Part shown: piece after piece, positions 36,870 to 51,176 of the stretch
Position numbering within the stretch: the first letter of the stretch is position 1
How the letters are laid out: each line of letters opens with the position of its first letter
Source of the DNA: Ministeria vibrans ATCC 50519
Taxonomy: Eukaryota; Protista; Filasterea
Reading direction: 5' to 3'
Length of the DNA: 60,283 nucleotides
NCBI GenBank assembly: GCA_943704425.1
Contig: CALSCP010000470.1
Location: 3,178-63,460, forward strand
Made by a program: the position numbers and the translations under genes
The notes under the pieces: generated by a model
Databases searched by the model: none
What the model was told of the DNA's origin: nothing
Seen by the model: the letters and a program-made list of their open reading frames with translations, nothing else

Positions 36870-39749
36870 CTAGCAGGGCACACCCCAATTTGGCCTGGAA
36901 AGCATCCATGCGTCTGCTCCATCGTCAAAAATCCCCGGCTCAGTCGCAATCTTCTCCACACACCAGCTCGACAAATCCGAATTAAACCTATACACACAAA
37001 GACACACAGCACAAAAACACACCAACGCTTGAGAGGATAGACTTAATTTCATGTGCTTACAATCGCGCATCTCTGAACATCTGCGACATTCCCTCCACAT
37101 TGCTACAAAAAAAATTAATAGTGAATTATTATGAATAATTTTCATCGATATTAATTAATAATAATTACCTAACATCCCATCCACTCAAATCTTGGGCATA
37201 GACTGAACTTCGAAACATGTGATCCATCGCAGTGACCTGAAACAAAATGAAACAAAAAAGAGTTACAACGTTGCGGAGTATTGCTTTTTAGGGTACCTTT
37301 GAAGTGTCCCAAGAGAGGAGCGGCTGATTGAACTGCGCGGCAAAGCGAAACATTCCAAACATGCTGATGACACGAGATGTGTTCCACATGTCGAGGGGCT
37401 GATTGAAGGCGAGAGCCTTGTCAAACATCAAGTCCATGATTGTCACACGTGACATGTCAAAGTTAGAAAGGCTCGAATTAAAGCGGTCCGTCTCGGCAAA
37501 CATACCGCCGCTGCTGGCCAGAGATGGTGTGTGCCACTGTGAGAGGTCCGGATTGAAAAGGGCATTGTCGCGGAACATGCTACCGGCATTTTCAAGTTTG
37601 AGCGGTCGCCAGTTTTCAAGTCCGCTCCCATCCCACAGTGTCATGCCGGTAAAGGCATCATTTCCAGACACGAGCGAAGAGACATCCCAGTTCAATGGAT
37701 GCGTAAAAGAGGAACAACCGCCCATCATGAAGGCAACTGTGATCACCTTGGACACCGACCAGTTTGAAATGTTCCCATTGAACTTTTGGCAGGCACGAAA
37801 GGTCTGCGAGAGAGACACCACGTTCGACGTGTTCCACTGATTAAGATCTTGATTGAACTCGTACGCGCCCCAAAACGCCTTCTCCATTTCCGTGACGGCG
37901 CTCACGTCCCAGTGATTCAACGGCTGGTTAAAACTCTCAGCAAAGTTGAAGGTGTACGCAAGCGAAGTGATACGACCCAACTGCCAAGGCAGAGGCGAAT
38001 TAAACTTGGTAGCGCGTTCGAACATCCGTATAACCTCCGTCACGCGCGACGGTTGCCATGCACTAATGTTTCCATTGAAAGCACTCGCCTTGCAAAACAT
38101 ACCCCCCATCAGTTCCACTTGCGATACATTCCAGCGTGAGATGTCCCCCTCAAACAAAGGTGTGTCCGAAAAGACCTAAAAGAAAATTAATACCGAAAAA
38201 ATAAAAATATTTTTCCTTTCTTCTTTTTTCGCCACAATTTTGTTTTACATCTCGCATGTTAGTGACACTAGATGTATCCCAATTGGACAGGTCGGGCATA
38301 TGCAGACTGTGGCACGTCGAAAACATAGAGGAAATGTTCTCGACTTGACTGATGTTCCAACTGGTGAAAGACTCGTTGGTCAGTGCATGGCAATTCTTGA
38401 AGAAGAGTGTCAGTGACTTGGGGAGCACAGAGGGCGCATCAGTTGCGCTAATGCGCATATTGCCGCATCCCATAAAGTGTCCGCCGTCTTCGCCAAACTG
38501 GACGGGTCCCCACGATCCAATCTAAGTAACACAGTTTCATTGAGCTTCATTGTGCGGAAATAAAAGAACAAGAAAATATATAGTTTGCTGCCGTTCATTG
38601 CAGACCCAACGAGTGCGGGGTGAAAAGAGTATAGGGCAAGAGAAAGAAGAAAGTATCATGTATATGGACCAATAAAAGAGAGCTTAAAGAAACAAAATAA
38701 AATGAAAAGAAAAATGCATGAAGTAGTTTCATACTTCATAGTTTAGGCTATATGAGTGAACAAGGAATGGGACAAAAAAGAAGAGAATGCGAATGCAACA
38801 AGGGGTGATTCAGAATAATAAAGTTCTTTAAAACGAAGAAAAAACACATTCGCAAGCACAAATAACAAGTATGGCGTCAACTAATATAACGACACATATC
38901 TCAGAATAACAAAAAAAAACATCACAAGCAACACATCACATCACATCACATCACATCACATCACATCACATCACATCACATCACATCACATCACATCACA
39001 TCACGTCATATTACATCACATCACGTCATATCACATCACACCAAGTCATATCACATCACATCACATCACATCACATCACATCACACCACATCACAAAAAG
39101 AACAAAATAAACACAGGCAACTGCTTCTTACGTCTAAGAGCTTCTCTCGGTCCCCCGAGTTGAAGAATCGGAACCCCTTGATGGTACCCGTAATATATAC
39201 CGTGTAGGATCCACTCGCGGGGTACGTGTGCACCGTCTCAGGCTGGTTGTACGAGGTGATGGTACTTTTCTGTCCGTCGCCCCAGCTCACCTCGAAATCG
39301 TACTCGCCCTCGAAAACCAGCGGCAGCGCAATCTGCTGCGCACCACTCGTGCCGGCCAGGCTTGTGTCCCATGTCGTGACAAAGGCCGCCAGAGTGCAAC
39401 GCTCGCCGTAGAAGGCGTCAGGACACGTGCAGGTAAAGGCACTGAAACTCAAGCGATTGCACACTCCGCCATTTGCGCACGGTGACGAGCGGCAAGGCGA
39501 GCACGAAGGACAGGCGTTCAACTCTGCCTCTAACGCATCGATGGCCGATCGCATCTGGGCGAGGCGTGCCGCGTACGACGAACTGCGAACCGCAACCGCA
39601 GCCGCCCCAAGACGGAGGCCTTCGGCTTGAAACCGCACCGACCCATTCGCTGCCGGCGTCACCACCAGGTCACTGCCGTGGTTCGACACAGTCATACTTT
39701 GGGCCGTAGCCCAGGCCACCAAAGAAAGCAGCACGAGAAGAAGGCGCAT
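36870..39749 (-). CDS. Secreted EGF + PKD-like + BspA/DUF285 surface-repeat protein
   Basis: Signal peptide MRLLLVLLSLVAWATA, EGF CRSSPCANGGVC..CTCPDAFYGERC, then FVTTWDT..ALPL..YDFEVSWGDG..HTY..G.Y.V.ITG. More than 10 FNQxLxxWDVSxVTxMxxMF repeats. Terminal exon FNSDLSSWCV..EP..F..W..PNWG. Confidence 0.85.
38930..39095. repeat. (CACAT)n pentanucleotide microsatellite (intronic)
   Basis: Visible tandem units. Confidence 0.95.
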
Positions 39750-40141
39750 GCGGAAGTGAATCAAACTGTTGTAAGTTGTTATGGCATTTCGCAGACTGAT
39801 CAAGGAATTTAGCTAGTTTAGCGTAAATTACACAGCCAGCTCACTGTCTGCCCACACGGGCACGCTTAGCCTCTCGCGACTTAGTAGTGAGTTAGTACTT
39901 ATCAGATACCACAAAGAGAATATCTCGAAAGTCAATTTCTTTCTGATTACAAAAAACATCATTTTATTCACGCTCTGATCGCGTTTCAAAAATTGTCCCG
40001 TTGTCTCCGCTTTTGGCTCGACACTCTGCCAGCCTGTACAGCATCCCCAACAGGCGTGCTTCTTATCGGTCCCGACAGCCGCCGTGCCCCTGCTGATCCG
40101 CAACACCGCCTCGTAAATACCCTCGATACATTTTTCACATC

Positions 40142-43100
40142 ATGCTGCGCAGTCGCCGCGGCAAGCCACTGGCCTCCGCTGCTCCTCGTTCACGCTCCTC
40201 CGACAATGCCACCAATGCACTTGTAGGACGACACGAACCACCAAAGGTACGAGAGACGCGCAAAACGAAAACGAGACGAACATGTCATTTTCGCCCACAG
40301 AGCCTCTTTGCTTCTCTCTCTCTCTCCCTATCATATCACTCATTCTCTACTCGTCTTTTGCATCACGTATTTTTGTGTTTTTTCTCGTTGTCTTACAAAA
40401 AAAATCGTTTTCAAAAAAAATCATAGGAGAAGAAAGCGGACATTTCATTGTACTTCACAAAACCAGCCGAAGAGCCTAAGAGCAAGGCGGCCGCGCCGGC
40501 ACCAGCTCAATCGCCACTTTGGAGCAACGCACCCGCGCCCCCACGGTCTACCTCTACCGCACCTGCAAAGGGAACCAGTCCGTCGCGAAGTCGACCGCCA
40601 AATTCGAAATTCTGTTTACCGCCACCTCCCACTGTGACAACTACAGCCTCCATTGTCATTGTCGATGACGAAGATGAATCCGCTGCTGACGACAAATCTC
40701 GACAGAAACGTCCACCACCACCGCCCCTCGCAGCAGCAGCAACAGCAACAACGACAGCAACTGTACGTCGCTCACCTCGACGCAAACCAACGGTTCGCTC
40801 GCTTACATCAACTTCGACTTCAACCTCCACCTCAACATCAATGCCTTCAACACGATCCGAACTACCCACCTGGCCAGAACCGGTGCGCGAAGTGGCGCGC
40901 GTACGTCGCGAGCGCCCCATCGAAGACGAAGACTCCATGGAAGACATCGTCTGGGCTCCATCCCCTCCCGCCCTTATGCGTGTCAAATCCGCTGGTGACC
41001 CTGCCCTCGAACTGTCTACTTTCCTCAAACGCGTCTCTAGCTCACAAAAGCATCAAGACTCTGATGATGCACCCACAACCACCACTACGGCCACTACCAC
41101 TGCCACTGCCACGACAACGAAAGCCACCACAACGCCCTCAACCACTTCTGCTTCGACAACCCATTCCGCCTCTCGAAAAGCCCAAATCACACCCACTCCC
41201 ACGCCGACTCTTGTACAACATTGGCTCAGTCACGGCGACGTCGGCAACAGCAGCCAACGCCCCTCTTCGCCTGCCACCATGGCCGAACCCGTTGCCACCT
41301 CTGATCAAACACCTGACTCCACTGCCCATCGCCCTCGACAAAACCCTTTTATGCGCGCCACCTCAAAACCTCCAGCGTCCTCCACTGGTGCCACATCCTC
41401 AGTTGATCGCACTCCCTCCGCGTCGCTGCCCACGCCCTTGTCGAAACGTGTCGCAAAGACACCCAAACCCCCCAGTACGAGTCCGCGCAAACGACGCGCC
41501 TCCACCACTAAAAAGACACGAAACCCATCGACAACTCCCCTCAAGAACATCATGCAGGCCCTCCAAGCCTCAAAGGTGGCCAAAGAGGCCGCGCTTGTCT
41601 CACCCTCGGCCGATTTTGTCCTCAACTGTCCCAAAATGCCCCCACTTGACCCGACCAGCACACGCCCGTCTCTCTCACGCCGTCTCTCGTCCTCGTCCGA
41701 TCCGTCCTCGAGCGGCAATATGCCTTTTCCATCCTCTCTGGAAGCGGCCCCTGCCGGTCCTCCTCATCTTTCTTCCCCTCCTCTTTCTCCTGTTACGTCA
41801 CAGCAAGACGACACGAACTGTCAAGAGTGGTCGCCCCACTTGGCAGCCGCTATGTTTGCCGACATTGCCTTCTCTGACGACGACAATGACAACAACAACA
41901 ATAATAACGAGTCAATAAACCCTCCCGGGAACGTGTCGAGTCGCCACGCTAGTGCACTTGACTCAGTCACTCGCAGCGCCGTGGACATGGACTTGGCGGC
42001 GAAAGTCGAAGAAGTCGACGATGAAAACGAAGACGACGAAGACGACGAAGACTCTCAGGCACTCGATGCACTACTTGGTCAGGTAGACATGTCCAAAGTT
42101 GAGGCAAACTATGAGGCGGCTTCCCAAGAGCGCATCCGGTTGCGTCGTCGAGAAGCACACGGTAACGATGGAGGGGCGAACAATGCCAAGAAACGTCGCA
42201 CCGATGTCGATGTTGACGAGGATGCCGACAATTTTCCCGCGCCCACACCAAAGACAATGGTGCCACCGTTGGAACGCTATCAGCGTCTCATTGTGCTGGG
42301 AGTGGACCGGCGACAGACACTCACTGACACGGCTCGACTGCACTGTGTCGACGAGCGTCGTTCTCAGTGGGGCACCATTGAGCTGTTCGACGAGTGGATC
42401 AACATCACCGAACTCGTGTCGGTTGGCGATGTCATTCATCTGGTGGGCACCTCGTTGCATCAGCCGGCGCGTGCCGGCTCGGCACCGTCGAGTGTGCATT
42501 TGCAGGAACCCTCGGATGGCTGGCTTCTCGTGCACCCCGACACGCTCATTTCACCCACGCGTGTGGCCGAGCTGTCGTCGTGTCCACGCCGTGCTGTGCT
42601 CAATGAACGCTATCGTGGACCGCAAGACTCGTCGGGCCGACCACTGCTCTACGGCTCGGTGCTTCACGAGCTTTTTGAGGAGGCGCTCACAACAGGCCAG
42701 TTTGACACGGAATCGCTCGAGAAAATGCTTCATGGCGCGCTGCGACGCCACGTTGAGCAGCTGTACTGTCTGAAACTCGGTGAGGACACGGCACTGCAGG
42801 AGCTTCGTACCTCGTTTGACAACATTCAGGCGTGGGCACGCCGTTTTTTGGGCAGTGTGCCACGTGAGATGGTTGAGTTTGATGGGGGACGACGCGCGCG
42901 CGTGTGCATTACCGAGCTGGTGGGTGCCGAGGACAACTATTGGTCGCCAATGTTTGGACTCAAGGGAAAGGTGGATGCCACGGTGCGTGTTCGTATTGAG
43001 GAGCTCGACCGACGTGGCGAAAAGACCGTTGCGACAAGTGAGGCCATTTTGCCGTTAGAACTCAAGACGGGCGGTGTGAGTGGCGTGTCGCATCGTGCCC

Positions 43101-45601
43101 AGGTGGTAATGTACACTCTTATGATGACCGACCGCCAGGACACGAGCATTCGCGACGGTCTTATTTTCTACACCAAAACGGGCAAGGTCGAGGGCATTCC
43201 AGCGGTGCCTGGCGAAGTGCGCTCGCTCATCATGGCACGTAACCGTCTCGCAACCTACATGGCCCGCAACACCATTCCACCCATGTTGCGCCAAACTCAC
43301 ATGTGTCAGCGATGCTTTCAGGTGGACACATGCATGGCGTACCATCGGGCCGTTGAGGGTGGCACCACCGATACAAGTGGTGTTTCTGTCGAGCTGTTTG
43401 CCGACAAGACAGCGCATCTGAGTGACGCACACGCACGCTACTTCTCCGAGTGGGACACTATGATTACGCTCGAGGCCGAGGACGGCACGTGCGTGCGACA
43501 GGAAATCTGGGCCATGGACAGCGTGGTGCGTGAGCAATCGGGCCGTTGCTTTGCTCACATGATGCAAAAGGGCGCACCGGAGCGCACTGCCGCCTCTTAT
43601 TTGTACACATTTGTGCGCCACCCCGATGCACCCGAGTCGCTTACGTCGCACTTTGTTGCTGCTGACTATGAGATTCACGCAGGCGATCCTGTGGTACTTT
43701 CGACCGAAACGGGCCACTGCGGTGTTCTCATGGGCTTCCTGCGTGAGGTTGCGCCTCGCAAGGTCACCATTCTGGTGAACAAGGAACTGAGTGCGACACT
43801 TAGTGGTGCTCTCGAGGATCAACGTCACGACAACGTTGACGAGCTGGTGGGGGAGAACGCTTTTCCGACAACAGCATTTCGCATTGATCGTGACGACATC
43901 AAGGCGGGATTGTCGCTGGTGCGTCACAATCTGACGCGACTGTTTGTGCCCGAGAGTGCCAATGGCGACGCAAAACGTCTGCGTCTCGTGGTCGACTTGG
44001 AGGCGCCTCAGTTCTACTCGTCGCTGCCGTGTGCACCGCGCGTCTTGACAAGCGGTCTTAGTTGCAGTGGCAGTGCTGGTGCTGGTGCTGGTGCTGGTGC
44101 TGGTGATGAAGAGGCAAGGGAGCGACGGATACGCGAGGAAACCTCTCAGCTTGACCAGAGTGTCGCCGATCTGTTGGAGGGCGTGAACGAAGACCAGCGC
44201 CACGCAATTGAGATGGCACTTGCGGCACGCGACTACGCCCTGGTGCTAGGTATGCCGGGTACGGGCAAGACGACCACCGTTGCGCTGCTGGTACAGGCAC
44301 TGGTGATGCGCGGCTACCGGGTGCTGCTCACGTCGTACACGCACACGGGGGTGGACAGCATCTTGCTCAAGCTCAAGTCCAAGAATGTCGACTTTTTGCG
44401 TCTGGGATCCGCGCAGCGTGTGCATCCCGATTTGCGCGAGTTTACACGCTCCGCGGCCACGGCAGGCATTTCGACGGTGAAGGACCTTGAGGCGTTTTAC
44501 GCCACGAAGAAGGTGGTCGCCACGACATGTCTGGGCATTTCTGACGCCATGTTTTCACGGGAGAAGTTTGATTATTGCATTGTGGACGAGGCGAGTCAGG
44601 TGACCCAACCGGTGTGCCTGGGACCGTTGCGCTATGCCAACACTTTTGTGCTGGTGGGTGATCATTACCAACTGCCACCACTGGTGCGGAGTGTGGACGC
44701 ACGCGAGCGCGGCATGGACGTGTCGCTATTCCGTCGGCTGTGCGAGGCGCACCCACGAGCCATTGCCACCCTGCGCTACCAGTACCGCATGAACGAGGAC
44801 ATTGTGCGCGTTGCCAATGAACTGGTCTATGCACAGGCACTGCGCTGTGGCGATCAGGCGACTGCCTCAGCACGACTGTTGCTGCCACGCGGTGACAATG
44901 CGCTGCGAGCGCTCTCGCGTCGTGCTCACGCGCCCTGGCTCCACAACGTGTTGCAACCCGATCCCTCGGTGGTGTTTCTCAACACGGATAGTTGCCCAGC
45001 GCGCGAGACGCGTCAGGCGGACGCTGTGCGCAACGTAGGCGAGGCACAGCTTGTGCATTTGCTTGTGCGCACACTCGTGGGCTGTGACATGGATGCGCGT
45101 GACATTGGTGTTGTATCGCCATACCGTGCACAACTGGCGTGTATTAGCGAACTGTTGCGTGTCGACTTGGCACTGCGCGACGTCGAGGTGCAGACCATTG
45201 ACAAGTATCAAGGACGCGACAAGACGTGTATCATTGTGTCGCTCGTGCGCTCTAACGACGCCAACAACGTGGGCGATCTCTTGCGCGACTGGCGACGCGT
45301 AAATGTCGCTTTTACGCGCGCCAAAGTCAAGTTGATTGTCATTGGAAGTGCATCGACCCTGGCGCACGAGCCACTGTTTCGCGTGCTTCTCGAGCTCTCG
45401 CGCGACAACCAGTGGCTCGTGCGGCTGCCGGCAGGGGCCCACACCGCGACATTGACGCCCCTCGACGCCGCACCGCCTGCCAGTCAGGGCAGTCCCTGTG
45501 GAACGCCCGTGCGCGCTTCGCGTCGCGTCGTTCATGGTGCGTCCAGTGCCGCTGCACTGCGCTCAAAGCCCGTGAGTGCCAACATTGTAAAAGGATTGTA
45601 A
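40142..45601 (+). CDS. DNA2: DNA2 nuclease/helicase
   Basis: Exon 1 40142-40246 and intron 40247-40426 join in frame. Motifs: HPDTLISPT..SCPRRAVL, WSPMFGLKGKVDAT, PLELKTG, HRAQVVMYTL, CQRCFQVDTC, GMPGTGKTT, DEASQ, VGDHYQLPP, QYRM, TIDKYQGRDK, RRVNVAFTRAK. Confidence 0.97.
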
Positions 45602-46004
45602 AATAAATATTGTATTGAACATGTTTTTTGTATCAAACGACTGGGCATGTTTTTGTTTTTTTGTTCTGCTTCTCATGTACGGTACTTGCCAAGCGATTCA
45701 AAAGGGCAAGTATGTAAGATTTTGGAAGTCAAAAAAGAGACAAGGGCACGCAAACACACAAGCCATTTTAATATTATAACTATTCTGTGGATGCCTGGCG
45801 ACTTTTCTTTGATGATAGGAGAATGTTTAAATCGGTTTCTTTGAGCGTAGAAGACGAGGACCATGTCACTTAAAATGTGAGTCGTTGACATGTGACCAGA
45901 CAGCTCGTTAGTAGCAGTGGTCAAAGCATGTTCAGAATATTCAAGAGCACGAGTGGTGTCACTTTGTATTGAATGGTTTTTCAGAGATGACTGGGGAAAA
46001 GAGT

Positions 46005-46718
46005 CTACTCGAGAGCCGGGAGCATTTTCTTGAGCAGCTCGAGGCTCTACATAAAAAGAGAAGAACAGAAAGTGTGAGTGAAAGAAAAGGAAAGAATGTG
46101 AGTTGTGTGTTACCGCTTCGTGGTAGTCGATATGGGTATCGACGTAGTCACTGATGAGGAACTTGAGGTCCGTCACCTTGTTCTTGTGCCACAAATCAAA
46201 CTCTGCCAGAACTTCTTCGTTCTTCTTCTTCAGTTCCGTCTCCGTCTCCTGCACTTTCTCTTCGCCCTGTCAAAGGTTAAAAGAAGAGGAGAGTGTGTAA
46301 GTAAGAATAACCATGTGTATGTGATCGAATGGACGACGTGACAAATAATTGTGAGTGGGAGAGCAAGCGAGTGCATCCGAGAATGGGCATCTCGTGTGCT
46401 TCCCCTTCTGTCCGAGCTTGCATACCTCGGATATTTGCTTGGCGAGGACGTCGAGTTTCTCCTGCTTGATGACCTCCGGGGCCTTCTTGCTGAACATGGA
46501 CGAGAAGCCCTTCCCTTCGCCCGCCTGCACCTTCTGTCGTTCGCTCTCCTTCTTCGACAGATAGTCCTGCGCCGACTCAAACTTCTGCTCCACCATGTCT
46601 CGCTTCTTCAGCAGTTCCTACGGACGAGGGGACGGGAATGAGTGGAACAAAGTGAAAGGAACAACAGAAGTGTAAATTGAGCGAGAATGAAAATGGAACA
46701 AGACACAGACGCACACGC

Positions 46719-46771
<53 letters not shown>

Positions 46772-46780
46772 NNNNNNNNN

Positions 46781-46838
<58 letters not shown>

Positions 46839-47055
46839 TTGTACCGTCGCTGAGTCGGCATAGCGGATGTACTCGTCGAGGGGATCAACATACTTGACGT
46901 CCAGGTTGGTCGCAAACAAGTCTGCAATGTTGTGCAGCTGCTCGACTTCCCCCGCAATGTTTGTCAGCATGTCCGACATTTCATTCTCGCTGTTCGCCAA
47001 CAATGTAAACAGAGGGTACCTAGCACCAAGAACACACATATTTCAGTCACACAAT

Positions 47056-47091
<36 letters not shown>

Positions 47092-48699
47092 AAAACACCC
47101 ACACACCATCATTTTGTTTCTTTCTCTCCCCTTTCTTTCTTTCTCTCATACTTGATTTCCAGGTCCTCCACCACCTCGGTCTGGTGCTTCTTCAGCCGTC
47201 CTCCCGTCTTCTCCAGCGCAGACAGATGCTCACTCAGTGACTTGACGTGACTCCGCAGATTCACAAAGCGCTCATCCGCATTCTTCATCTGCAAAAGAAA
47301 AGCACATGAGAAATCCAACAAAAGCAGATACTATTATATTTTCAGCGATTGGCTACCTTGAGACCAGCGTACGTCTTTGCGACGCTCTCCTTCAAGTTCG
47401 AAATGGTCTGTCCCTTCTCCTTCTTTCCCGACTCCAACGCCCACTTTTTGGCCTCAAGAAACTTGTGCAGGTCCTTGTCGTGGCACAACTACAGGTTCCA
47501 CCTCGAGTGTCAAAAGGGCAAATAATTATTAGAGTTTTTTTTTCTACAATACCTGAGGGTGAGTGGTGCAACGACGAAGAAATCGCTCGAGGTAAATGCG
47601 ACGCTTCTCAAGGAAGTGTGCGTTGAAGCGTGAGAACTGCTTCTGTCGGTCCTTGCTCGGCATGGGCGGAATGATGCATGACGGGTAGTTCTACGGGCGA
47701 ATTTGAAGAAGTTGTGAGTGTCAAGTGCTTGTTTACACATTCGCACCTTGATGAGTTGCTTTCGCAGCCATGTAAAGTCACTGAAGCGACGACGCACAAA
47801 GAACTCGCTGCTCTCAAAGCTGGGCATGGTGGTGCAAGTCGTGACACAGTAGCTGGCATACGCATCCATGCCGTCGCCGTGCTTCTCCGGGTCCGACACA
47901 AACACCTCCATGAAAAAAAAAATGCCAATGAGTTTTGGATGGACGGGTTGGGTTCGGTTGAAAGAGATAGCCACGCGTGGTATCGAGAGCAAGCGGACGC
48001 GGCGAGTGGGAGCGAGAGAAGATCAGTGGGAGAGAAGTTGACACGACAAATTGCCAACGATGAATCGATGAGGCGGCACGCGCGCATGGCTGCTTGGGCT
48101 GCTGCTGTGCTGGGGGGTGGGTGAAGGTAAAGGGGCGCTAGACAAACGTTTGGACCGGCTGACAAGGAGAAAAAAAAAAAAACAAAAGGAACGCAGAACA
48201 AGCGACAGGGGCATCTGCGAGGTGTTCTGGACGGAGGAGGGTGTTGTGGCAGGCAGGTGGACCGCAGAGGGGGGGCGGTGCGTGCGCTACGGCGGCGGCG
48301 GGGGCGGCGGACGACGCGACTGCCTGACGCGCAGCCAGAACGCCCCTATGCACCCCCACACAGGCCAATTGGGTCCGCAAGAGGTCACAGGACCTGTCGT
48401 GTGCGAGTGTGGTACATGGCTGTTTGGATTTTGTTGGATAACGAAGATTTTTTTTTGGGATTGACTGTTGGCAGTTTGAAGAGAACAGAGACAAAACTGG
48501 GAGAGGAGCAAGGGCAAAGGAAGGGGGGTACCTGTAAGTCCTTGTTGACGTCGAGGCCGCGGGCGTCCATGCGGACGACTTCGGCAGGGGCCTTCTCGGA
48601 CGCGCTGGGCGCAACGGCGTCGTCGTTGCTGGTGGCGGGCGCAGGCGCATCGTCGTCGACGAGCGGGTCCGAGGTGTTGAGGTCGTCGCCTTCCATCAT
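46005..48699 (-). CDS. PX-BAR sorting nexin (SNX4/7/30-like)
   Basis: PX motif VSDPEKHGDGMDAYASYCVTT..FVRRRFSDFTWLR, followed by helical BAR exons (YVDPLDEYIRY; AEFDLWHKNKVTDLK). Multi-exon. Confidence 0.85.
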
Positions 48700-49322
48700 G
48701 GTGCACAGGTCAGATCTATTTCAATCAATAAGAGTGATTTTTCATTTTTGTAATAATTTGTTATTGTACAATTTACATTAAAATAACAACAACATAATTT
48801 TCGTTTAAGCCGATTCACACACAGATTTCAATTTCATTGCTGGAAACGTCTGCCGTACAAGGTCCTTCTTTGCAATGATCATACTTGGAGACATCAGACA
48901 CACTGGGTCGTGTCTTCTTGTAGCAGTTTGAACAGTTTGCGCTTAACATTTATGATTTATTCACCTCTACTACAACAAAAACACAAGTGTAATCGCGATC
49001 GAGTGAGGTAATCGCAATGGTACGCCATACCCCCAGTGGGGGGGCTTCGGGCTCTAACAAGCTGCAACAGCTGTCTGACGAGTAAACTCGGGGGCGAATC
49101 GATGAGGAGACGCGGATCAGAACTCACTAACCTCGAGAGTGTGTCTTGACTGACTGAATATTATAATAATATTATTTTCTTAAAGTCTACGGCGAAAGTA
49201 TTGTGCTGCTCTTTGTTTTGTATATAGTTTTTTGTTTTGACATGGAGTACAGCTCTCGATTCTCTATTTATTTTCTTATTTTCTTTAATATTATTATTAC
49301 ACACATGATCTTAGTACAAACT

Positions 49323-50404
49323 CTACTCAATCTTCTCGGTCTTGGACGGCACTTCGTCACCAAAAAAGTACCAAAAGACGGCGAGAAGACCCCAGAGAAG
49401 AGCAGCGATATAGAGCGGCAGGGGCTCCCACAGTTGCATCAAAAGACCGCCAATGGTGGGCGATAGAACGCGCAAAAGAGACTCAAAGGCGCCAATAGAG
49501 CCAAGGTAGGTGCCACGAGCGTCTTCTGGAGCCACTTCGGTAATGCGCGCCATCACTGTGGTGCGCATGACACTGTAGCCGAATGTCATGAGGCCCGTGC
49601 CGCTTACAAAAATGGCGACGCTCATTGAAGAGGCCCGCACGAGACAGCCCAACGACGCACAAGCCAGGGCGAGCGCGGTCGTGTGTGGGCGCGACATCAG
49701 CGTCACCGAGGGCTTTACGAGCGCCTGTGCGACCACTCCAGACACCCCTGAGAAGGACATCAGCAGACCCATTTGGCGCGAGTCAAACTCAAACTTGTTG
49801 AGAACATAGAGCATCATCACGGAGTGCGTCATGAGCTGCGCCCACGCACTCGCCAGCAACACAAACACTGGTGCACGTAACTTTTGTTGGCGTGCAATAT
49901 CGCGCGCCTGTCCAAGCAGCTGAGCCCATGAGAGTGACTGCTTGCTCCGCAGTGCATGACGACTCGGTTCGCGCAGAACGAGTGCGCCGCCCACAAGAAG
50001 ACCAACAAAGAGCAGCGAAGACGCATAGAATGGGTGTGACAGCGACTGCTGTGAGAGTACCCCGCCAATGGCCGGCCCAATGATGAAGCCGGCGCCCGAC
50101 ACCAGGGCCAGTTTAGCAATGGCATCGGTGCGCTGATCGCCCTCCGTCTCGTCCGCAACGAACGCTTGGGATACGGTCATCGTTTGCTACAACCACACAG
50201 CAGGGTCAGCGTTGTCAAGGAGGAGCTGGTTTTTTACCTTGCCAAGGCCAACAAGAACGCGAGCGAGCACCAAGACCTGGACGGGAAGCAGACTTGGCGT
50301 GTGAGCGAACGGAGTGTGTGTCTTTGTGTGAGTGTCTTTGTGTGTGTGTCTTTGTGTGTGTGTCTTTGTGTATAATATGTCTTTTTGGTGTCAGTGTGTG
50401 TGTA

Positions 50405-50435
<31 letters not shown>

Positions 50436-50801
50436 CTTTGTGTCTTTGTGTGTCTTTGTGTCTTTGTGTGTCTTTGTGTCTTTGTGTGTCTTTGTGTCTT
50501 CGTGTGTGAGTGTCTTTGTCCGTGCCTGCACCGACGTGGCAGATCCGATCAGACCGTAGGCAATGGCACACACCGTGAAGGAGGTAAGCAGCACAACCTT
50601 GCGCCCCTTCCGGTCCGAGAGGGCCCCCATGAAGGGCGATCCAATGACTTGTCCGGCCCCGTAAAACGTCGACATCAACCCGACGAGCCATGGCTCGATC
50701 CCGAGCTCTTTGCTCACGGCCGGCAGGACCGGAAGGATAAGACCCACCCCGAGGATGTCCAGGAACACAAATAGGTGGATGAGAGAGAGGCCGAGCGGCA
50801 T
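49323..50801 (-). CDS. MFS transporter, DHA1/TetA-like (MFSD9/SLC22A18-like)
   Basis: FLDILGVGLILPVLP; motif A GALSDRKGRK; motif C GAGFIIGPAIGG; about 12 TM segments; two introns. Confidence 0.88.
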
Positions 50802-50947
50802 GGCGGCTGGCGAAAAAAATATTGATTTTGAATGATTATTAATTTGATCGCATTCACATTTCACAACTACTATATAACCACTTGATGCTATTGATGCGTA
50901 AGCCAAAGTCCGATCTTTGATCGGTTGGCTCAGCAGTCAGCAGTCAG

Positions 50948-51176
50948 CACGCCTACGCGGTAGTTTGGGGGATACACCGTAGCCTGGAACCGTGGCCAAC
51001 GGTTTGAGTGGACACTCGTTTGTTTCTGGTTCAGGTTTCAGTTTGATGATCTTCGTTCNNNNNNNNCACGCCTACGCGGTAGTTTGGGGGATACACCGTA
51101 GCCTGGAACCGTGGCCAACGGTTTGAGTGGACACTCGTTTGTTTCTGGTTCAGGTTTCAGTTTGATGATCTTCGTT
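50948..51176. other. 110-bp exact duplication across an N gap (50948-51057 = 51067-51176); probably a contig overlap at the insertion junction
   Basis: Identical sequence on both sides of an 8-N gap. Copy 1 is followed by C and copy 2 by the element TIR. Confidence 0.85.

Noticed and set aside
49070-49105. Hammerhead ribozyme (CTGACGA core)
   Set aside because: No GAAA after a plausible stem II, and the other stems are missing.
2445-50774. Numerous ORF-track entries made of LSLSLS, RERERE, VCVCVC or antisense shadows of GC-rich genes
   Set aside because: They are translations of microsatellites or opposite/alternative frames of well-supported genes.
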